Source of the DNA: a virus
Lineage: Duplodnaviria; Caudoviricetes
Virus record (IMG/VR): IMGVR_UViG_3300030330_004789
Coordinates: 1-37,162 of that record
DNA length: 37,162 bases
Strand: one strand, 5' to 3'
Below, piece by piece: positions 28,821 to 37,162 of this stretch. Position 1 is the first letter of the stretch. Every line of letters begins with the position of its first letter. Made by a program: the position numbers and the translations under genes. The notes below the pieces were generated by a model. That model was not told the origin of the DNA. It saw only the letters and a program-made list of their open reading frames with translations, and ran no database searches.

Positions 28821-30647
28821 ATGTCTATTATTCAAACACTTACTGAAGGCATTGTAAACCGCGATCTTAAGAAAGAAGGGGCTGCTCTTCTCGACAAATG
28901 GAATCGTACTGGTTTGCTTGAGGGTCTTCAAAACAATCATGAAAAACAAAACATGGCTCGTCTTCTAGAGAACCAAGCTAAAGAACTTCTTCGTGAAGCT
29001 TCTTCTATGGCTGCTGGTGATGTTGAAGGTTTCGCTGCTGTTGCGTTCCCTATCGTTCGTCGTGTATTCGCCGGACTTATCGCTAACGATCTTGTTAGTG
29101 TACAGCCAATGAGTCTTCCTAGCGGACTTATCTTCTTCCTAGACTTTGTCTTTGATAGAGATAAATTTGGTGATGCCGATACTGGTATGCCTTTAGCTGA
29201 TCGTTCACTTTATGGTGGAAATGTAGTTGCCAGTCAAATCACAGGTGGTGTTGATCTGAATCCATCAACTCGTGAAGGAAATCATGCTCCTTACGATCTT
29301 AACACTGGCTATGCTAGTGCTACTGGATCTGTTCATATCACAGTACATGATGGCACTGCTATAGGATCAGTGGGAGATGATAGATTTGTTGATGGTGGTA
29401 GTACCGAACATGGTGGCCCTCTCACACAGGCCGCAGTTGCAATCTCTGCTCTTTCTGAAGCCCAGAAAAAAGTTCTTCGCTTCGATCCAGATATTCTCAA
29501 CGCTACTTCCACAGATAAGGTGTGTACTGTAGTTGTTAAATTATCAACTACCAATATGGCTCGCATAAATTTAGATATGCTTACCGCTATTAACTTGGCA
29601 GAGCAAGACAAAAGTGTTCTCGATGGTGGGACTGGAAATCCTCGTGTTGTTCGTCGTCTAACTGAACTTGGTTATCGCAACTCAAGCGGAGATGTTGTAG
29701 CTGGTTCTAAAGCACAATATATCACTTTCTACATCCATGGTGATTCAAGTTTGGCACCAGATATGGCTGCGGCTCTAGAAGTTAACTTTCCATATGCGGA
29801 TAACATCGGAGCAGCAAATGCTATCGGTGCCATTAAAGGTGCTTCAGAATGGCCGCTTGAAAATGAAGAAAACATTCCCGAGATCAACATCAAGGTTGAT
29901 AGTATTGCGATTACAGCAGTAACCAAGAAGCTTAAGGCTAAATGGACTCCAGAATTGGGTCAAGACCTTAATGCTTACCACAATTTGGATGCTGAGGTTG
30001 AGCTTACTTCTATCCTTTCTGAGCAAATCGCTCTTGAAATTGATCGTGAGATTCTTGGTGATCTTGTATCTGGTGCCACTGCTGGAAAGTATTACTGGTC
30101 TCGTTCTCCCGGACTCTTTGTTAATAAGTCAACTGGTGTAGAACTTGGCGCTACTGCTGCTTCTCCAGATTTCACTGGTACAGTATCTGAATGGTATGAG
30201 ACTCTTATCGAAACCATTAATGATATTTCTGCACAAATCCACAGAAAGACTCTTCGTGGTGGAGCTAACTTCGTAGTTTGTTCTCCAGAAGTTGCTAACA
30301 TCCTTGAGTTCACCTCTGGATTCCGTGCTAACGTAACTGCTGACGCTGACAAAGGCGACATCGGTGCTGTTAAGGTTGGTTCTTTGAGCCGCAAATTCGA
30401 CGTTATCGTTGATCCTTACTTCCTCCGTAACGTCATCCTTGTTGGACGTAAAGGAAGTTCTTTCCTTGAGTCTGGTTATGTTTACGCACCTTATGTGCCT
30501 CTACAAACCACTCCTACAATCTTCGGACCAGAAGATTTCGTGCCTCGCAAGGGTGTCATGACTCGTTATGGTAAGAAGATGGTTCGTCCCGATATGTACG
30601 GTCTCGTTATCGTTCGTGGACTTCTCGGAGAATCCGGAGCTAGCTAA
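28821..30647 (+). CDS. Major capsid protein (T4 gp23-like)
   Basis: PIVRRVF...LVSVQPMSLPSGLIF, KLKAKWTPELGQDL.AYH.LDAE.EL..ILSEQIALEIDREI, GYVYAPYVPL, PRKGVMTRY; TAAGGAGGT RBS. Confidence 0.97.
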   Translation: MSIIQTLTEGIVNRDLKKEGAALLDKWNRTGLLEGLQNNHEKQNMARLLENQAKELLREASSMAAGDVEGFAAVAFPIVRRVFAGLIANDLVSVQPMSLPSGLIFFLDFVFDRDKFGDADTGMPLADRSLYGGNVVASQITGGVDLNPSTREGNHAPYDLNTGYASATGSVHITVHDGTAIGSVGDDRFVDGGSTEHGGPLTQAAVAISALSEAQKKVLRFDPDILNATSTDKVCTVVVKLSTTNMARINLDMLTAINLAEQDKSVLDGGTGNPRVVRRLTELGYRNSSGDVVAGSKAQYITFYIHGDSSLAPDMAAALEVNFPYADNIGAANAIGAIKGASEWPLENEENIPEINIKVDSIAITAVTKKLKAKWTPELGQDLNAYHNLDAEVELTSILSEQIALEIDREILGDLVSGATAGKYYWSRSPGLFVNKSTGVELGATAASPDFTGTVSEWYETLIETINDISAQIHRKTLRGGANFVVCSPEVANILEFTSGFRANVTADADKGDIGAVKVGSLSRKFDVIVDPYFLRNVILVGRKGSSFLESGYVYAPYVPLQTTPTIFGPEDFVPRKGVMTRYGKKMVRPDMYGLVIVRGLLGESGAS

Positions 30648-30668
30648 TCATTGATTTGCTAAAAATCC

Positions 30669-30703
30669 AAACCCCCTTCCTTTTTGGTTGGGGGTTTTCT
30701 ATT
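30669..30703 (+). terminator. Intrinsic terminator after capsid gene
   Basis: AAACCCCC...GGGGGTTT stem with T-rich tail. Confidence 0.8.
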
Positions 30704-30775
30704 TGGATACACTACTTACTATTGAATGCGAATTGAACGCATAAAAATATTTATTGTTTATAGGAGATTAAATAA

Positions 30776-31219
30776 ATGGCTAAATTAGGAAGATACTCTG
30801 CGGATAGAAAAAAGATTCAAGCTATTACAGCAGCCTACACTGTGGCGGTTGCCGATTGTGGAACAATTTTTACATTGGTGGGTGCTGGTGATAGTTACAA
30901 CATTACTTTGCCTTCATTGTCTGACGCTGGTAAAGGCTGGTGGTGTAAGTTTGTCGTACTAGCAGATAAGAGCAGCAACGCTCAACTTATTCAAGCTGCT
31001 TCTGGTGATGAAGATACAATTATTGCCTCCATATATGGTGGACTAGATGACAACTCACAAAGTGCCAACGTTCTTAGTGATGCTGCTGCCGACGCGGTTA
31101 GACTTACCGCTGATCAAGCAAAAGCTGGTGACTGTATTGAATTTATTTGTTTAGGTGACAAGTGGTTTGCTCAAGCAATCAGTGCTGGTGCGGATGTTGC
31201 GATTGACGTAACAACTTAA
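30776..31219 (+). CDS. Probable capsid decoration protein
   Basis: Follows the capsid gene; ITLP...G module resembles the C-termini of the 22374 and 23361 proteins; own ACTACTTA motif (30711) and terminator. Confidence 0.6.
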   Translation: MAKLGRYSADRKKIQAITAAYTVAVADCGTIFTLVGAGDSYNITLPSLSDAGKGWWCKFVVLADKSSNAQLIQAASGDEDTIIASIYGGLDDNSQSANVLSDAAADAVRLTADQAKAGDCIEFICLGDKWFAQAISAGADVAIDVTT

Positions 31220-31245
31220 TCTTTAATCTCCACAATATTAACATC

Positions 31246-31270
31246 AAGCTCACTTCGGTGGGCTTTTTTT
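31246..31270 (+). terminator. Intrinsic terminator with cUUCGg tetraloop
   Basis: AAGCTCAC-TTCG-GTGGGCTT followed by a T run. Confidence 0.92.
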
Positions 31271-31310
31271 ATTTTAAACTAATTATTTTGCTAATATTAA
31301 GGAGCTAAAA

Positions 31311-31634
31311 ATGGCAAGAAAATCCCAAAGACTTAGACGCAAGTATCGTTTAATGAAAGCAGAACAAGAAAGGCAGTTACAAATTGAAAACGAAAAAGCC
31401 ATTCTTGAAGAAGAAAGAAGAAAAAGAGAAGAGGAAATGAAAGCCCTTGCAGCAGAAGCAGCAAGACAAAGAAAACTTCTAGAAGAAAAAGAAAAACAAG
31501 CAAAATTAGAAGCACAGAAGAAAGCAGAAGCAAAAAAAGCAAAAGAAGTGAAACAAAAGAAAGCACCCACTGCCAAGAAGGAAACAAAGGCAAAACCCAA
31601 GAGAAAGTATACACGGAAATCCAAAGCTAACTAA
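31311..31634 (+). CDS. Highly charged K/E/A/R-rich protein
   Basis: TAAGGAG RBS, ACTAATTA at 31278; charged helix plus basic tail KPKRKYTRKSK. Confidence 0.7.
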   Translation: MARKSQRLRRKYRLMKAEQERQLQIENEKAILEEERRKREEEMKALAAEAARQRKLLEEKEKQAKLEAQKKAEAKKAKEVKQKKAPTAKKETKAKPKRKYTRKSKAN

Positions 31635-31685
31635 AAGAGGGTTTCTGCATGGGAAAACTATTTATTGTGAATTGGAGGATTTATA

Positions 31686-32933
31686 ATGGCATTGCCAACT
31701 TTAACACCAACCTCACAGACCAGTGCGATAATACTACCAGCTTCCGGAACCTATAGCAGAGTTGCGGCAGCTTGTCCAATTGGAGCTTACACCGCTTCTG
31801 TTGATTTTTTGTCTGGTGCTATGGCACAGGTTGCTTATACTTATAAGAAATTAGGCGGAGACGTTCTGGATATTGAATTGAAAGAACAAAACGTATATGC
31901 TAACTATGAAGAAGCAGTCTTAGAGTATTCTTACTTAGTTAACATACATCAAGCCAAAAATATTGTTGGATCTGCTCTTGGTGGAACAACCGGCTCTTTT
32001 AACCATAAAGGCGAAGCAATGAGTGGGCCAAAGAATGCTGAGCTTAAATATCCGAAGTTTTCATTTGAAACATCTTTTAGGATTGGAGATGGCTTTGCTA
32101 CTGAGGCTGTTGTCGGAGGGCGACAATCAATATACTCAGCCTCTTTTGATACCGTAGCTGAACAGCAAGATTACGATCTTCAGAAAATAGTTGAAGATTT
32201 ATCGGCTACTTCTACTGAAATGTTTTCCGGCAAAGTTGGAGAAAAGAGAATAAAAGTTAGACAAGTATACTATGTCACTCCTAGACAAATGTGGAGATTT
32301 TATGGATACTACGGAGGTCTCAATGTTGTTGGTGACATGCATACTTACGGACAATACGCAGATGATTCATCTTTTCAAGTGATCCCAGCATGGCAAAACA
32401 AAATACAAGCTGTGGCTTATGAAGATCATCTATATACCAGAACCTCTCATTATTCATATGAGATAATAAATAATCGTTTAAGATTGTATCCAATCCCAAC
32501 ATCTGTTTCCCCAGATAAATTTTGGTTTAGATTCTCTGTTGATGAAAATGATATCTGGGAAGATGACAAAAATTCTGGTCAATTGGGTGTCAATAATATG
32601 AATACTTTGCCATTTGAAAACATTCCTTATAAGAATATCAATTCAATTGGCAAACAGTGGATCCGAAGATTTGCTCTAGCTTTGTCAAAAGAGACACTAG
32701 GTCAAATAAGAGGAAAATTTGGTGGAAATGTTCCAATTCCGGGAGATAGCATAACTTTAAACGCCTCTGAGTTGCTATCGCAAGCTGCCACAGAACAAAC
32801 TGCCCTTCGGGATGAACTCAAGACGCAACTAGATGAGATGACTTACCCCAAATTATTGGCAACTGATAAGGAAATGTCAGACAATGCGAAGGCAGTTATG
32901 ACAGAGGTACCACTTAAGATATTTGTAGGGTAA
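31686..32933 (+). CDS. Neck/head-tail adaptor (T4 gp13-like)
   Basis: KKLGGDVLDIEL N-terminus; WIRRFALALSKETLGQIRGKF..VPIPG..ITLN C-terminus; position after capsid gene. Confidence 0.85.
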   Translation: MALPTLTPTSQTSAIILPASGTYSRVAAACPIGAYTASVDFLSGAMAQVAYTYKKLGGDVLDIELKEQNVYANYEEAVLEYSYLVNIHQAKNIVGSALGGTTGSFNHKGEAMSGPKNAELKYPKFSFETSFRIGDGFATEAVVGGRQSIYSASFDTVAEQQDYDLQKIVEDLSATSTEMFSGKVGEKRIKVRQVYYVTPRQMWRFYGYYGGLNVVGDMHTYGQYADDSSFQVIPAWQNKIQAVAYEDHLYTRTSHYSYEIINNRLRLYPIPTSVSPDKFWFRFSVDENDIWEDDKNSGQLGVNNMNTLPFENIPYKNINSIGKQWIRRFALALSKETLGQIRGKFGGNVPIPGDSITLNASELLSQAATEQTALRDELKTQLDEMTYPKLLATDKEMSDNAKAVMTEVPLKIFVG

Positions 32934-32936
32934 AAT

Positions 32937-35612
32937 ATGAAATTATTGTTAGAAAAATGGAATAAATTTATAAAAGAAAAAATTATCAAAGAAGCAGAAC
33001 CAGATGAGATAGGAATGTTGGATGATATGATGGAAATACCGATTGAGAAGTATCCATTTAAAGAGGTATTTGGAGATCGCTACAGACTAATCGAACCAAT
33101 ATCTCTAGCGAAAGAAGATACAGTTTTTGGGGTCTCAATGAATTCCCTAGAGAAACTAGGTTGGACGGTAAATAAACCACAAGATGGCAAAATGCTATGT
33201 ACAAAAATAAAAATATCTCATAAAATTGATGGACAAGGACAAGTAATAATTTCGCGTATACCAGTATCTTTAAATATAACAAAAGTTGTCAATGGAATAA
33301 TAAACTTCGTAGAAAATAAAAGGGAGAGAATGAGAGACGAACATGCTAAAACAATTAAAAAAATCGCAGAAAGGATAATAACAACACCAGAAGATACCTA
33401 CAACAGCGAAGATAACCAAGGTCGCAGTTTTAAACCAGATTCTGATTTAAATTCCGTATTTCACAGTTTTTTATATGAATTATCTCTGGATGGTTTTAAG
33501 GGTTTTGACAATAGCATCAATAACTATACCAAAGCCACTATACGTAGAGTTCCTATATTGCTTACAACAGAAGAATATAGAAAGTTATATAGATTCATAG
33601 ACGCACAATCTTATTGGACCAATATGGAAAGACCATACGACCGGCAAACATTTATTCAGCGATTAGACAGTTATTATAATTTTGATTTGAACAAAATGAA
33701 AGCTTTTAAAAAGGAGCACCTAGATACAAATTTTGAAGATCTTGTCACAAATATTGACAAATATTATAATAAATATTATATAATATATTCGAGACATCCT
33801 ATAGACGTTTTTAGGATGTCAGATCACGAAGCGATTAAATCTTGCCACGATTTACCCAGCAACTATGGAAAAGAAGGAAGATATTATGATGAAGAGTTTC
33901 CCACAGGATATACAAAGCATGGAAAATGGGTTGAATATAGTGTTTGCGCTCTAGCTGAAGCTTTGGGCAATGGTATGATAGCATATGCTGTCCCGGCTGA
34001 AGAATTTCATGCGTTTCCACCAACTCAAGAATCTCTGGACGAAGAGGCAGAGGCAGAGATATTCTACGATGATAAAAGAGGTGTCGGATACTTAGAGCCA
34101 ACCAGTAGGATAAGAATAAAACATGTGTCTTATCGGCCAACCGAAAAAGATGAGCCCATGAGAATAGCAGTGCCAGAAACAAAAGGATATCCCGTTACAA
34201 TTCCAAATTTTGGCTCTAAAGTTCTAAATAAAATGGCATCGCTACAGAAAAATAGAATAAAAGACATAATTGATACCAATAATCGCTCTATAGATCTAGA
34301 AAACTTCACTAGATATGGCGGAGAACAGCAAGATAATTCCGTCAGTTCCTTACTACCAAAATTATTTAGATTTGTTGGAAAAGATTTAACGTTTTCCGGA
34401 ACACCTAGGTATAATAGGGATATACAAGACGCATTGGAGCAAGATATTGGTCAAAAAGCAGAAGAATATATACGGGATGTTGCCAATGATGTTTTTGATA
34501 GTAACACAGTTTGGCCATTTGAGTGGCTCTATAGCGTCGAGGAAGACTATGACGGCGAACCCAGTTTGGATTTTAAATTGCATATAACATTTAACATACC
34601 AAAACTTAACATACCAAAATATTTACGCAAACATTTAAAAGATTCGCCGCAAAAAAGTCGGGAATCTTACCATAAAGCCATAACAGAGTTAATTAAATAT
34701 GAATTAAAAGACGATTTTGAAATGCCAAATGATTTCGAAGTGTATATTAGAGCTTTTAATGATACAGAAGAAGTTAAAATAGTATACAGTGGGCGGAATC
34801 TTGTTGATATGAACTACAGTAGCGATATAAATGAATTAGAGCAAATGATAGATAGTGTATTTGAAGAGGGACCCAGACTTGGATATATTTTTGATAGATT
34901 CGATCAACAAAGTTATAATAATACTCTTATACATTATCTACAAAAAAAAGGATTCATTCACAATGAAAATTATATTCTGCACAATATTTTTACATTTCTT
35001 GACCGAGACATGAGATATGCTATTCAAGGAGGCTATAGCACTATAGAATTCAATACATGGGGCGGAGATATTACCTTAGTAGATGAAGACTATCATCCCA
35101 CCTCTTATTTAGAAAAAATTTCAATGTACGGTGAAGAAACTTTATGGGTAGATGAAATATTTGAAGAATTATCTGGAGTTTCGGGTAAGGAATTTGATAT
35201 TGATAATGAACAACATTTTTTGCTAGCAAGAGCAATATATGGAGCTATATCTTCTTTACATTATAGTGATGATGAAAACATGTTTTATAGAATTATAAAC
35301 TCCATAGACTCTGATATGGAAAACAACAGCATACGCTTCGAATTGGACTATGACAAAGACCATTTAAGGCAAAACTTATATAATATAATAAAAAACCAAA
35401 GTGGTCTTGAGATACGATTTTCAGTTGACTTAGATCAAAACAAGCAAGATGAGGAATCAATGTTTAATGTCGCCCATTTGATCCACAGATATACTGCTGG
35501 TGATATGATTGATAGAACAAAAGAAGTATTGATTGCCTTGTTAAAAAAGCAATTTGGCAATCTAAACGAAAGAAGAAAAAGAGTTAATATTAAAATATTA
35601 AAAGGAAAATAA
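32937..35612 (+). CDS. Large hypothetical protein with MKLLLEKWNKFIKE leader
   Basis: 891 aa inserted between the neck genes; central SRHPIDVFRMSD...SCH motif; tag-like termini. Confidence 0.7.
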   Translation: MKLLLEKWNKFIKEKIIKEAEPDEIGMLDDMMEIPIEKYPFKEVFGDRYRLIEPISLAKEDTVFGVSMNSLEKLGWTVNKPQDGKMLCTKIKISHKIDGQGQVIISRIPVSLNITKVVNGIINFVENKRERMRDEHAKTIKKIAERIITTPEDTYNSEDNQGRSFKPDSDLNSVFHSFLYELSLDGFKGFDNSINNYTKATIRRVPILLTTEEYRKLYRFIDAQSYWTNMERPYDRQTFIQRLDSYYNFDLNKMKAFKKEHLDTNFEDLVTNIDKYYNKYYIIYSRHPIDVFRMSDHEAIKSCHDLPSNYGKEGRYYDEEFPTGYTKHGKWVEYSVCALAEALGNGMIAYAVPAEEFHAFPPTQESLDEEAEAEIFYDDKRGVGYLEPTSRIRIKHVSYRPTEKDEPMRIAVPETKGYPVTIPNFGSKVLNKMASLQKNRIKDIIDTNNRSIDLENFTRYGGEQQDNSVSSLLPKLFRFVGKDLTFSGTPRYNRDIQDALEQDIGQKAEEYIRDVANDVFDSNTVWPFEWLYSVEEDYDGEPSLDFKLHITFNIPKLNIPKYLRKHLKDSPQKSRESYHKAITELIKYELKDDFEMPNDFEVYIRAFNDTEEVKIVYSGRNLVDMNYSSDINELEQMIDSVFEEGPRLGYIFDRFDQQSYNNTLIHYLQKKGFIHNENYILHNIFTFLDRDMRYAIQGGYSTIEFNTWGGDITLVDEDYHPTSYLEKISMYGEETLWVDEIFEELSGVSGKEFDIDNEQHFLLARAIYGAISSLHYSDDENMFYRIINSIDSDMENNSIRFELDYDKDHLRQNLYNIIKNQSGLEIRFSVDLDQNKQDEESMFNVAHLIHRYTAGDMIDRTKEVLIALLKKQFGNLNERRKRVNIKILKGK

Positions 35613-35615
35613 ACA

Positions 35616-36224
35616 ATGAAGACTTTATTCGAAAGCTGGAGAAAATTTATAAACGAGAATGAAAAAATCGGCAGACCAGAATATAACCTCCCTATAACCA
35701 TGAAAGAATTAAGAGCTAAAATAGACCAGTTTATAACGGATACAACCCCTCAACCCAAACGAGACTCGCTAAAATTAAAAAAGAGACTTCAGAGTTCTGG
35801 TAAATTTTGTCATCCAACGTTTGGACTATGTTTTGATATATCGACACTCCTACTACATATGGCTGGTGGAAAGAAATATTCTGGTCTTAAGAAAATGCGT
35901 CTTAAGAAATTTGATGTTGGCCCTCAAGCTCCCGGTGAAAAAACAACTCATTGGTGGTTACAAGGAAAAGATCAAGAAATAATAGATCCAACCGCTCAAC
36001 AATTTACCTTTGGAGCACAACCTCCTTATGACAAGGGAGAGGGAGGCGATATTGGATTTCCCTATTTTAAAAGAGGCAGCGAGGAATACAATGAGCTTGT
36101 CCCCTCAAAAGTTGTATTAAGGATGGCAAAACTATTTAAAGAATGGAATAAAAACAAAAATAATGAAGATACTGCTTATGGTATGGATTGGTGGATCAAA
36201 GAAGCTGCTAAATATAAAAGGTAA
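35616..36224 (+). CDS. Putative papain/transglutaminase-fold Cys-His-Asp enzyme with MKTLFESWRKFINE leader
   Basis: GLCFDIS (Cys 35829), THWWL (His 35949), IIDPTAQQF (Asp 35985). Confidence 0.6.
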   Translation: MKTLFESWRKFINENEKIGRPEYNLPITMKELRAKIDQFITDTTPQPKRDSLKLKKRLQSSGKFCHPTFGLCFDISTLLLHMAGGKKYSGLKKMRLKKFDVGPQAPGEKTTHWWLQGKDQEIIDPTAQQFTFGAQPPYDKGEGGDIGFPYFKRGSEEYNELVPSKVVLRMAKLFKEWNKNKNNEDTAYGMDWWIKEAAKYKR

Positions 36225-36230
36225 CAAGTA

Positions 36231-36725
36231 ATGTCAAAAGATGATAAATGGAAAAAACCAACAGCACCACCACCTCCGATGTTTTTGGGTAAAAAAGAAA
36301 GAGATTTGGTCAAACAAGTTAATGATGAAATCATTGAAAGAGTTGTTGGCCAACAAATCTTATATTTTCCTTTGGATATAGAACATACAGATTATCATCC
36401 CTTATACGGGGAAGCCATGGAAAAAACTTTTTTGCCACCTGTTAGGGTTTATGCTTTGGTGGAATACCAAGGCATTGAGACCGAATTCATGGAAAATATT
36501 GGTCTGGATAAGGTCACAAAAATATCTGTTAAGTTTCACAAAAGAAGATTGACAGAGGATCAAGACTTATTTGTTCGAGAAGGGGACTTTGTGAGATACG
36601 GCGAAGTGTTTTATGAGATTATAAAGCTAAATGAGCCAAAATTGCTCTTTGGACAACCAGAGCATAGGTTTGAAATACAAGCAGAGTGCTCTAGAGCTAG
36701 GGATGGATTGTTCAATGCCGGATAA
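36231..36725 (+). CDS. Neck/head-closure protein (T4 gp14-like)
   Basis: EIIE.VVGQQILYF...HPLYGE...K.F..PV.V, VREGDFV; position downstream of the gp13-like gene. Confidence 0.75.
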   Translation: MSKDDKWKKPTAPPPPMFLGKKERDLVKQVNDEIIERVVGQQILYFPLDIEHTDYHPLYGEAMEKTFLPPVRVYALVEYQGIETEFMENIGLDKVTKISVKFHKRRLTEDQDLFVREGDFVRYGEVFYEIIKLNEPKLLFGQPEHRFEIQAECSRARDGLFNAG

Positions 36726-37162
36726 AGTCATAACATTAGAGCCTTCCACTTTGGAAACCATAGATACCGGTATATATAGGTGGGTTGATGAGACATTGAA
36801 CCTTTCCACTACGACCAATAACGGTTTTGAAAAAACCCCTGTTTTATGGCTTGGAACTGAGAGAGCTTATCAAATAAAGAGCAACAAAGAGTTAAGGGAT
36901 AGTGCTGGTAAGCTCAAGCTTCCTTTGATAACCGTTAATAGGGATTCTTTTTCGAAAAATCCGGACTTCAAGGGCATCTTTCAAGCACATTTACCAGAAA
37001 AAAATGATTTTAAAGGTGGATCGATCACATTAACAAAAAGAATTCAACAGGAAAAAACAAGAAATTTTGCCAATTCTTATAAGAGAAGGGTACTAAAGAA
37101 CGGAGATGAGACGGGAAGAATAGAAAATAATGAAATAGTGTATGAAAGCCTCACCTCTCCCA
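36715..37162 (+). CDS. Tail terminator/completion protein (T4 gp15-like), 3'-truncated
   Basis: Not in the ORF track; open from ATG 36715 to window end: MPDKVITLEPSTLETIDTG...TPVLWLGTER...RDSAGKLKLPLITVNR. Confidence 0.65.
   Translation, partial: MPDKVITLEPSTLETIDTGIYRWVDETLNLSTTTNNGFEKTPVLWLGTERAYQIKSNKELRDSAGKLKLPLITVNRDSFSKNPDFKGIFQAHLPEKNDFKGGSITLTKRIQQEKTRNFANSYKRRVLKNGDETGRIENNEIVYESLTSP

Noticed and set aside
30648-30775. tRNA or structured ncRNA in the largest gaps
   Set aside because: Space is explained by terminator, promoter-like motif and RBS; no cloverleaf seen.
1-37162. Genome-wide stop-codon reassignment
   Set aside because: Core genes are intact under the standard code, and TAA, TAG and TGA all end genes cleanly.

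Overview
AT-rich segment (roughly one-third GC by eye) of a large tailed dsDNA phage with a distantly T4-like head module. It uses the standard code, and all but one small gene lie on the + strand. Order: two paralogous virion proteins; a DNA-metabolism block (RuvC-like resolvase, primase, SprT-like protease, DUF3310-like protein, fused Mre11-Rad50) driven by three near-consensus sigma70 promoters; a large DEDDh exonuclease; a possible holin/spanin-like membrane trio; terminase, portal, prohead protease and a phage-encoded ribosomal protein bS21; several fibre/decoration proteins; scaffold, major capsid protein, gp13/gp14-like neck proteins and a truncated gp15-like gene. Main observations: (1) unrelated proteins, including an exonuclease, a Cys-His-Asp enzyme and a multi-module polyprotein, share short terminal tags ending in prohead-protease-type (I/L)-x-E sites, suggesting capsid-packaged, protease-matured cargo; (2) a strand-specific ACTAnTTA motif is a candidate late promoter; (3) CCWGG appears absent, visible in Pro-Gly codon choice; (4) an unannotated Cys-Cys microprotein with a downstream hairpin. 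No tRNA, rRNA, CRISPR array or mobile element was seen. All family calls come from reading motifs, not database searches.
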